From the NCBI GenBank assembly GCA_902765215.1, contig CACWZA010000011.1:10897-74896 (forward strand): a stretch of DNA of 64,000 nucleotides, written 5' to 3'. Position 1 is the stretch's first letter. Each line of letters starts with the position of its first letter. The notes under the pieces were generated by a model. The model worked only from the letters and a program-made list of their open reading frames with translations. It was not told the origin of the DNA and searched no databases. This DNA is from an uncultured bacterium (lineage in GTDB: Bacteria; Cyanobacteriota; Vampirovibrionia; Gastranaerophilales; Gastranaerophilaceae). Below are positions 1 through 12,000 of the stretch, piece after piece. The position numbers and the translations under genes are program-made.

Positions 1-3000
1 AGATTCATTATCAACAATCAACGCATTATCATATGTGGAATGACCGGAAGGATTATCAAGTTCAACTTCTGCAACATTTTCCTTATGGACTTCATCATAG
101 TCACTATCAACACCATATCGTGCAGTGATAGTTACTTCATCATAAGGCGCTTTCACCTGATAAGTTTTATAATTTTCACCATGGTTATAGGTTGTTGCTT
201 TCAGATTCAGTGCATAATATCTGTCTTCAAGTTCGCCTGTTTCTTCATTATAAACAGGTTTATTGATAACATTTTCACCTTCTGCGGTTTCCTGAGGGGT
301 CAGAGTATAACCGCTGAAAGGAAGAAGTATTTTATTATATGTATAGAATTTATCGCCATAAGAGAAGACAGGGTTATCGTCCTCTGTTGTTTCCATAAGT
401 GCGAGTCCACACGCATTAACAAGATTTGTCAAAGTTTCTCTCAATTCGTCACTTGGAGTGAAGTAAAGGACTTCATTCCCGATTTTAACACTAACCGCAC
501 CCTCAGATTGCACATCTGTGAGTTCGATAGGTTCTCGTTCTGTGTCATCAAGATAATTAGCACTTGATACATGAATCTTGTCAATAGTTCCGTCACCAAA
601 ATTAGTCGGTGCATCTACAGTAAATGTCAATATACCCGTTTCAGGATCATAAGTAACTAAATAATTATTATAAACATTCGCAGCCTTCATAATATTTCTC
701 TGGAAATTATCAGAAAGGGCGAATGCACTCAAAAGTTCAGGATCGTCTGTCAGAACAACCTGTGTCACGTACTCACGAGCTTCTTTAAAGATAGCAATAG
801 AATCTAAAACGAGATGGTTACCGTTTGTTTCTAAGTCACCAATATTAAATCTGTCAATCGCTCTGAGTGACAAATCAGTATCTATTCCGAGTTTCAAATC
901 ATTATTAAGGTTGATTGCATCAATTGTATGAACCCCGATTTCATCATTATTTGTTATGAATTTACCACCGTTTACATCTAATAAAGCATTTATATTTGCA
1001 ATATTAGAAATAGAAATTATACCCGAGTTTAGAGTTACTTTATCCTGTACAATATCTTGTTCAAATCTTACAATACCATCGCCTGTAATATCAATTTTAC
1101 CTGTAGGGGTTTCAGCATTATCGACTATCTTCCCGTAGAAAGATATTGATTTTTTCTCAACCGTATTCAGGTTAAGTGTTCCCGTGTTATGTATATCAAT
1201 ACTGTCTTCACCAGTAACACTGCCTGAGAAAACAATTCCTTTGTTAATCGCACGGATAGTTGTTGTTCCCGAGTTGTTGAGAGTTCCGCCTGCTGTGTTG
1301 GTGTTATCAGTAAATGTAACATCTTCAAGAAGCATAGTTCCTGAGTTTGTAATTGTATTTCCTTCAGTTGCCGTATTATTTGAAATAACGACATTCTTGA
1401 GTGTCATTGTTCCTGAGTTAGCAAGAGTTGAACCTGTTGATGCAGTGTTACCCGTAACAGTTGCGTTTTCAACAAGCATTGTTCCTGCGTTATTGAACAT
1501 TTTATCGAAGTTTGTCAAAGTAACATTTTTAAATGTAAGGGTTTGACCAACCGCAACATTTGAACCGCTATGGCCATCGGCATCAACCGTATAACCTGCA
1601 CCGTCAATAACTTTTATGGTATCACCCATATCGCCCCAGTCTACATCTGAGGTTTCATCTTCAGACATTGTATAGCTAAGATTATAATAATCGATATCCA
1701 ATGCAGCATAGATACTTGCAAGACTGAAAGTCAAATTACCATCTTCGTTATTATAAGTAACATAGTATTTGTAACCGTCTTTCTTACCGTCAATTTTTAT
1801 TTTGTCTTCTGTAAGTTTGAAATAAGATTTCAAATTTTCATTAACAATACTAACCGATACAGGATCAGGAGTAGTCATATCGCCGACAACTCCGATATCA
1901 GAAATAACAAACATTGCATTATTATATCTGTAATTCATTGTACCGCTAAAGGTATCAGCCTCAGGGTTAGCGGCATCTGCCAAATCAACATCAAGAGCCA
2001 TATTTAAATCATAAGCAAATCTGTTAGCGGCTTGAGAATTAAGACCAACAGAACCAAAATTATGCGCATCCACATGATTATTACGGGTATCAAGCATAGC
2101 TCCTGCTGACGGTACAATAAGTGAATTTGCATTCAACACCCCGTAGCTCATTTCCCCGTTTTCCTGAAGTTTTGAACCGAGTTTTACATTCTGACCATAT
2201 ATGCGGAACTGAACCCCTGTAACTGCATTATTAAATATATATTCACCGCCATTTTCAACAGGAACTGCGGTACTTGTTGCCGTTCCGTCATCATTTATTA
2301 CATATTCCGTTCTTGAAGTAATTTCACCCAAAGACAAATAGTTATTATTATTTGACCTGATTGTTCCGTCAAAAATAACAGATCTTCCCTCTTTTGCACT
2401 CAAATATACACTACCACCGTTTGTCATAAATAAATCGTTATATGTGAAATTATCCGAGATAGTAATTTCACCAGTAGTGTCATCACGGGTAATTGTTGCA
2501 AGTTTGTTACCCGTAAAGATGACATTGCCTTCATCCGCAATAATTCTGACCGGACCACCTGCATATATAGCACCACCATTACCAGCAGCTATATTATTTC
2601 TAAAGACAGCATCCCTTACATAAGTAGCGCCACTCCAAGTACGAATTGCACCGCCCTGACCTTCTGCTGCACCATTCGTTCTGAAATTATAGTTATTTTC
2701 AAACAACCCTGATATATTATATATATTTCCACCATTGGTATACAGTACAGCACCAAGACCTGTCCCCCAAGAACTATACACCATATTATCTCTGAATTCA
2801 CCTGTTATGGAACCTATTGTGCCCGAAATATTATATATAGCACCTCCAAAACTTTGTTGACTAAACACAGTTTGGTTACCAAACAGGGAAGCGGTAATAT
2901 TGCCTATTTTCCCGCCGTCATTACGTATAACACTCCCGTGCTGAGCTTGTATTTTTTGGTAATTGTTTATAAAATCCATTTCAATATTTTGGATTGTACC

Positions 3001-6000
3001 GGAATTATTAATAAGTGCACCGCCATTGCTTGTAAATGTACCGTTCCAGTCACCCATTCTATTATTAATAGCTTTACCGGTAATGTTCTTTACAAAACCC
3101 GGGGAATAATTAGATACCAAACCGCCATACAAGTATGGAGTAGTATTCACATACATACGGTTGTCAGAGAATAACACATTTTGAATATCCAATGTTCCAC
3201 CGTTACGGAAAATCCAACCTGTTGTAAAGTTATTAATCCCCTTTGCGCCTTCAACAACTTCACCTTCAGAGGTCATACCGATATTCCTTGCATTGAGGGT
3301 TTGACCTGCCTGAACAACAATACCTGAATGCATATAACCGTTAATATCATAACCGTTACCATCAATTGTCATTGTGGTATTATCGCCCTGCATTGTACCA
3401 AGGTCTACATATACATCTTCATTTTTAGACATACTGTAAACCCTGTTATTAGTCGTATCGTGTACTGCAAAATACAACCCAAAATTATCAGCACCCGCAA
3501 ATATCAAATCACCTGCAAGGGCATCATAACCAACATACAAATCTGCACCGCCGGGAAGTGCATCATAATGCAATAAATCAGACACCTTAAAATATTGACG
3601 CAATGCTTCATCCGCTATATTTATGGATAATTTACCTGATGTACCGAGTTCTGTTCTGTTTTGTAAATCTATATCCGTAACAATAAATCTGCCTGCGTAG
3701 TTACCGTAGAACTTTGTTGCACTAAAACTATCGGCAGTGAGTGCTGTCATATCAGCATCTATTTTCAGATTAATATTACTTTTTGCGGTAATTGTACCCA
3801 GCGTATTTGTATCCATATGAGAGTTTTGAAAATCTAAAACAGCGCCTGCCGTATTATCCAAAAGAACTTTACTTGAAAGATTCAAAGAACCATAAGTTGT
3901 AGTGCCATCCTCCTGAACAACAGAACCAAACTTGACATAAGGATTATTGGCAAGAACGAGACCACCAACACTAACGGTATTATTAAATAGGTATGTACCG
4001 CCTATTTGATTGGCACTAACCAAATCATACCCGCTCAAATCATCTTTTACCACTCTGTATGATTCTGAGGTAAATCCGATTTTAACTTCGGATCCGGTAT
4101 TAGTACCGGTTATTCCACCGTCAAATCTTATTGTTCTCCCTTCAGCTGCATTTAAATATATAGGTGAATTTGCACTGATAAATACATCGTTATAAGTTCC
4201 GCCTGATGCTTTATAATTTCCTGCTGAACCTGTAATTGTCGCACCACTTTTGTTATTTGTAAAAAGAACATCTGCATTCTCAGCAATAACATACACCCAG
4301 CTTGACATATAAAGACCGCCGCCGCTATTTTTTGCAAAGTTATCTTTTACAACAGAATCAACCAGTGCAAAAGGTCTGCCCTCTGCAGTTATTGCACCGC
4401 CATTATACGCAATATTGCCAGAGAACAAAGAATTGATAACGGTTGTGTTTGAACTTCCGATAAGCGCACCGCCATTACCCTGATTAGAGCCGTTATAAGA
4501 TATGTTTCCTTTGAAAACACTATCTCTTACGGTCAAATTACCATAACCTCTGTTTTTGAGAGCACCACCCTGATTTGTAGAATAATTACCAAGGAATACA
4601 GAATTTTCAATTAAAGCAGTACCGTATTCATTACGGAATAAACCGCCCTGACCGGTTGAATGGTTACCGATGAATATACTGTTTGCGATATGTGTTTTTG
4701 AATCTTCCGCATCACTATATATAACTGCATCAGAAGAAGTACCGCCGTTATTCATAAAGACAGAATTTGTTATATCCAAAGTTCCGCCACTATTTGAAAT
4801 CGTTCTTGCGTTTACACCATTAAGGTTATTATAAAATGCACTGTTTGAGATATTCAGAGCAGAACCGTTATTCAATACAAAGAGTGCACTTGTACCCGTT
4901 CCGTTCCAAGATTCATCAATTTTAACCTTATCAACCTCTGCGATATGGTTAGTAAAATCAGTAACCTGATTCCCGTCGCTATCATAAGCTCTGAATGTAC
5001 CGACATCTGCAACATTTATGGTTTGACCGCTTGCTAATGTTGCTCCGCCGTTACCCTGCATATTAACAGAACAACCATAACCCTGAATAGTTAATTCAGC
5101 GTTAGAACCCGCCATAGTGCCGAAGGTCTGCGCAACATTTTCATCGCCATAAACATCGTACACTCTTGATGATGCAGTATTAACATGTATTGCATCATAC
5201 AGGCTCGAACCTTCATTAAAAGTCAGATAACCTGTTGTATTATCATAAGTCACAAGATATGTGCCTGATGAATAACCTGATACATTCAAATGAGGGAATG
5301 AAAGTGCGATTATTCCCATCAAAGTCGGGTTAGAAGTAATCTGAACAGCCGTTCCGTAACTGTTATCAGAAAGTGCTTTTATACTTCTTATCAGAAGTTT
5401 ATGATCATTCGATTCAATAGTACCTGAAGCATCAATAGTGTCCATAACAGTATTTGCCAAATCTGCATCAAGATAAAGCAACATATCGTCGTTGAGTGTT
5501 AAATCACCGAAGTCAATCGTATCAACACCGCTGTTTTGTACATTAAATGCGCCGCCGCCCATAACGGTTGAGGAGTAATTTTTTGTTCCTGCCGTAGTAA
5601 GTCTTGTAGTACCTGTTCCGAAACCGACATTAGAATTATTGAGAACATTAACTGTAAAAGTATTACCAACTCCAGGGTTAAATCTTACACTACCCGCACC
5701 TGAAATAGTGCCTGTTACTCCGCCCGCTGCGTTGATAACGAGTTCGCCGTCATTAACAAGATTATTAGTTACAACCAGATTACCCGTAAAAATTACTTTC
5801 CCTGTCTGTACATTAATATTTCTTTGAAGGACATCACCATTCACATCAACAGTACCTGTATAATAGTGCATCATCATTTCACTATCTAAATATGTACCGC
5901 CGAAGTATAAATTACCTGCTGTAAAACCTGCACCTGTATCACTGATACCGCCGCCAAGTGTCATTGTTCTGTCTGCATCTGCCTGCAGATAAAGAGTTCC

Positions 6001-9000
6001 GCTGTTATAGATATCGTTAGCTTCCCCGTTTGCAGTATTACCGGAGAACACAACATCTTCAGTTTTTGCTATTACATACGCAGTTCCCGCATTGTGTATT
6101 GCACCACCTGATACATCTGATGTGTTGTTAATGAAATTTGTATCCTCGACACTCAGAGAGCCAATATTCTTAATTGCACCACCTGCAGTTGTTGATGCCA
6201 TATTTTTCCAGTTACCCATATCATATATAGTTAAGGTTTGACCTGCTAAAACAGTCACACCTGCGTAGTGTTCATCAACATAATCATCATAACCGTTAAC
6301 ATCAAAGTCACGACCGTCAATAGTAAGACTTGAATCAACACCACCCATATTACCGAGATCACACCACAGTTCTTCTTCCTGTGTCATAACATAACTTCTG
6401 TCTGAGTCAGTATTGCTAATAGCTGTGTATAAATCTGCACCGAGTGTTCTGAAGGCAAGGTTACCCGTTTCGTTTGAATATGTAACGAGATAATTCTTTG
6501 TTGTACCTGATGCGTTAATACGCTTTCTTGATAAACCGATATGACCCTTCATAACATTATCTGCAATATTAACAAATAAATCAGCATAATCTTCCGAATC
6601 AGAGATTGCAACAACATTATCAAGGATAAATTTATATGTCGTATCATTTATTGAAGTTGCCGTAAAGTAATCACCCACAGGTGTTTCACCTGCCAATGAT
6701 ACATCAATCTTGATTGTAACATCACTGTTCAAAACAACATCGCCCAAAGCGGTTGTCCCAATATAATTGTTTTGGGTATCCAATACTCCGCCTTCAGCAT
6801 CGTTAGTGAACCCTGCAAGGGTAAGAGTACCATGAGTAACAGTAGAATCAGGCTGAGTAATAGTGCCCAGTTTAATATTTGAACCGTTATTTAAATCAAG
6901 AGTAGCACCGCTCACAACATTATTAAACTGATAAATACCACCGTGCTGAGATACACTGTAAGTTGATCTTGTTAAATCAGATGAAATTACATCAACAGTG
7001 TCACCTGTCTGGTCAAAATAGATTTTGTAACCGCTTCCTTCGATTGTACCGTCAAATCGTATTGTTCTTGTATCAAACCCGTGCTGATTAGCATTAAGAT
7101 AAATATCCGCAGTAGAATAAATGTCGTTATATCTTGCATCTTCAATATTCACAACACCCGAATCAGAAACGGTTACCGTTCCCGCACGGTTGCCTCTGAA
7201 GGTTACATCACCGGAATCTGCAATAATATAAAGTTTTTGAGCATTATTATAAATCGCACCGCCTAATGTTGCTGTGTTATTGTTAAAGACAGGATCTACA
7301 AATGCTGCTATTCCGGACTGATAAACAGCACCACCGTTACCGCCTGCTGCGTTATTTGTAAATATAGAGTTGAAGTAAACTTCTTCCGCATTTGTATTTA
7401 TAATAGCACCACCGTTACCGCTTGTTGCATAGTTGCCCGTATATGTCACGCCGTAACCCGTTAATCTTTGGACATCAGCAACAGCAGCACCGCTAGCCGC
7501 TCTGTTGTTTTTAAATATTGTATTTGATACATACATATCGGCAGCACCACTGATCGCACCGCCTTCAGTTGCAGCATAGTTTCCGAGGAAAAGTGAATCT
7601 GTTATTTTTACTTTTCCGCTTTCTGCATAGATTGCACCGCCTTCATCACTTTGATTACCAACAAAGACTGCAGATATATTATTAACCACACCGTCATTAC
7701 CTGTGTAAATAGCACCGCCTTTATCAGCATCTGCTTTACCGTTATTACTGAACACACCTGTTATATTTGTGATTGTTCCGCCGTCGTTATATATAGCACC
7801 GCCTGATTTGCCGTCAACATAATTGCCTGAGAATACAGAATTTTCAATATCTAAGGTTGCGCCATTAGAAACATATATAGCACCACCATCAGTACTATCG
7901 TTGTATGCACTGTTCCACGCATTAGTAACATTAACGCTTGCAACCTCACTCAAATCGGTTGTCGGATTACCTGAACCGTCGAGAAATTGTGCCGTACCAA
8001 CAGAATTAACCGTGAGAGATTTACCGCTTGCAATGGTAACACCCTCATTATCATTCATATCTATACTGTATCCGTTACCGTTGATTGTAAGATCACCTGT
8101 TGTCATTATACCCATCGGGCCGTCTATATTTTCCGCAAAAGCCAGATTGTAGGTCAAAACATCAACCCCTAAGTGCATAGCACCTGCCAAACTTGCCTTT
8201 GTGAACAAAAGATTACCGACAGAATTTATATCATCAACAACATATCTGATAAAATATGTACTTATAGTATCAGCAAAGTTCACAATCTCAGAAGGAAGTG
8301 CAACCTGATACATGGTTACGCTGTCCGCAACAGGTATAATAACTGTTTCCGTACCCAAGTCACGACCGGTAATCAATTTAATATCATCAATTATAAATTT
8401 ATGAGAACCCATAATACTTGTTGCAGTAATCATATCGGCTGCAGGATTTTCGGAAGGATTTGCCGCACCTGTCAGGTCAACATCAATCTTCATAGTAAGG
8501 TCACTACCCAAAGCAGCACTACCAAAGGAAAGTGTGTCTATATAATCGTTTTGAGCACTGATTACACCACCGTTTCCGTCGTTAGAGAACATATTAAGAT
8601 TCAGTGAACCATAAGTTCTTGTTGTTGCATCGTCCTGTAATTTTGTACCTAATATAACATTTGCACCGTGGTACATATACAAGTTAACATTATTTACGGC
8701 ACCATAGAATTTGTAATCACCGCCAACTTCCGTAATGTATTCAGGAGTTGAAATTGTATAATCAGGGTTCATGTGAGGAACTTTGTTTGTTGACTCATTA
8801 ATATAAATAGTAGCGACATCAGAAGGATCACCTTCGACAGAACCGCCAAACTCAATAGAACGGCCTTCTGCTGCATTAAGGTATAATCTTGCCTGTTCGC
8901 CAAAAGATATATCGTTATAAGTATAAGCACCCGCCATTGAGAACGAACCGTCACCGTTATTTGTAATCGCGCCTGTTTTGTTACCCGAGAACACTACATT

Positions 9001-12000
9001 ACTGTCACTTGCAATTATATATAAATCTTTTGTTGCAGACTGAATAGCACCACCTGCCGTAGCAGCCGCGTTACCTGTAAATGATGAATCTCTTAGGACA
9101 ACAAAACTGTCTTCATCAATAACCAACGCACCACCGTAACCTTCAGAACCATAAGCATAGTTACCGGTGAAAGTTGCGCTTAAATTATAAATGTCTGCAT
9201 CTTTAAAATATCCTGCACCACCATACGCAGAGAAGGTATCGTCTTTTGCTTCCGCATAGTTGCCTGAAAAAGTACCTGTTATACTACCGATAGCACCCTC
9301 TGCGTAGATTGCACCACCATAAGCACCTTCGCCCGAAGCAGTATAGTTACCCGAGAAACTTCCCGTAACATCATATATTTTACCTGCAGCAGTCTGGTAA
9401 ATCGCACTACCATAACCGACGCCCGAAGCTTCGGCAACACCGTCAAGATAGTTATTTACAAAATTTGCTTTAACATTTTGAATATATGATGCGTTATATA
9501 AAGTTGCACCATTTTGAGAGACACCGCCTGCAAACGCAATTCCGTTATTTGTAAAGACAACATTTCTGATATCAAGAGTACCTTCGTTCCCTACCGCATA
9601 ACCGTCAACGAAATCGCACCAGCCGTCACCCGTAACAGTGCCCGTTGAATCCATACCAACATTATAGATACCCAGCGTTTGGCCACTCTGAACATTTACA
9701 CCTGAAGCACCACTCGTTGCACGAACGGCATATCCGCCCCCGTCAACCGTGAAATTTGTTGTTTCCTGCATACCCAAACTAGAGCTTACGATTTCATCTT
9801 CAGACATTAAATAATCGTAACGGGAAACCCCCAAATGGAGCGCCCCTGATAAGTTTGCCATTGTGAATGTCAATTCACCTTTGGTTGGACCGTTAATATA
9901 ACTAACAAAATATGTATAACCGCCGCCCGTTGCAGCAATAATACTGTCAGTAAGTCCGAGATAGTTCTTTAATGTACCGTTAGCAAGAGTAATTGTTTTA
10001 GGAGTACTTCCTAAATTAGTCGCATTAAGTACATTAATATTTTCAATCAAAATTTTATAAGTAGTACCGCTTGTCCAGTTTGTAACATTGATTGTGTCAG
10101 CCGTACCTGCAGAAAAATCAACATCAATTATTGCATTTAAATCAGAGGCTAAAGTCAGTGTATTAACCGTAAGCGGAGCAGAAACAGAACCGTTTGCAAA
10201 GTCTAATAAACCGCCTGTTGCATCGTTTGTCATTGTTGTTATATTCAGAGCACCTGTTGATGTTGTACTGTCAGGCTGAACCATATCTCGTAATCTGATA
10301 TAAGGAGTATTATAAAGGTTCAGATTAGGAACGGTAACCGTATTTTTAAAGATAAATTCCCCGCCGACCTGATTAACAGTATCTGTTTGATACCCTGATA
10401 TATCTTCTTTTGCAGAGGCATATGTCATACCTGTTTTACCGATATTCAGGGTTGCGCCCGAACCTGACAAAATAGAACCGCCAAAGGATATAGTACGGTT
10501 TGTTCTGGCATTCAGATTGAGTGTCATACTATCAGCAATATAAACATCGTTGAAGGTTCCGCCTGTTGCCGTATAACTTCCGACAGAACCGCCGAGTGTA
10601 ACACCCGATTTGTTGTCTGAGAACTCAACATTACCAATATTTGCAATAATATTTACATCCATACCGACATACAACGCACCACCCTTGTTTGCAGTTTTAT
10701 TTCCTGTCAAAACAGAATCCATGATGGTTGCTGTTACTTCACTACCCTCAACACTAATCGCACCACCATATCCTTTAGCAATATTGTCTACAAATTGAGT
10801 GTTTTTAAACAGAACATGTCCGATTTCATTTGGAGTACCTGTGAATCGCCAAACACGAACAGCACCACCCATTGAAGCTGAATTATTACTGTCAAAAAGA
10901 ACCCCGTCCGTTGTCATATAAGTAATTACATAGATTGCGCCGCCACCTTTATTATCATTCGGGTTTGATGTTGAATCCGAACTATAATTCTTTCTGAAAA
11001 CAGAATCTTTTATATAGACAATACTGTTCTTCTCAAGGTTAATTGCACCGCCACGGGCAGTTGCCGAACTGTTAATAAAAGTCGAATCGGTTACTTTAAG
11101 CGCAGCACCTTCTGTTGTATTGAAAGCCGAACCACGTTGCCCAAGCCCGTTTGAAAACACGGTATTTGAAATATAACCCTTTGCGCCGGAACCGAACAAT
11201 CTTATTGCAACTCTGTTTTTACTCCCGTTGTTTCTTATTGAATAAAAAACAGAATCCGAAATATTCAACGTACCGTTTTGTATCTGTATAAAACCGTTAT
11301 CAGCAATAGATGTAACGTTAGCAATAGCGGTGTTATTGATGTTTAAGACAGCATTCGTAGAATTCATAGATGCAAAATAAGAGCTCATACCGGACCACGC
11401 CCTTGTTACGGTTACACTCGTGATATCCTCACCTGTCCTGTTTATTGTGAACAAGCCGACATCATTGATAGTGAGGGTTTTACCCGCGCCAATGCTAACA
11501 CCGTTTTTACTGTTACCGTTAACCCCGTAATTATCCCCAATAATCTCGAGTATTGTACCACCAAGAGTACCCAAGTTAGCAGACAGCGTTTCGGTTGTTG
11601 TCAACTCATAAGTCTTATCCGCATCTGAGGATGTAATCGCCTCATTAATACTTGCGTATGCCAACAGTTCAGAAGCAAAGCCCGTAGGAGCTTCTTTCGG
11701 GTCAGTAGTCATACTTTTACGGACACTTTGAGGCTGATTTTTTGCGTCCACCCCTTTTTGAATAGTTTTTGAGGAATTTTGAGGTAATTTTTCGGTATAT
11801 GAGAAGATGTTTGTCTTTTTATCATTCATCAGTCCGGATATTGATGAATTAAGACTTGTCATAGCAAGACAGTCAGCATTGTACGAAATCTCTTCCGCCA
11901 TAACCGCAGTACCTATCGTCAAACAACACAAACCTAAAAGCATTCCGAATAAAATCTTTCCAAAACTCTTGCCACCAGCTTTCAAAGCCAAGCAAAGGTT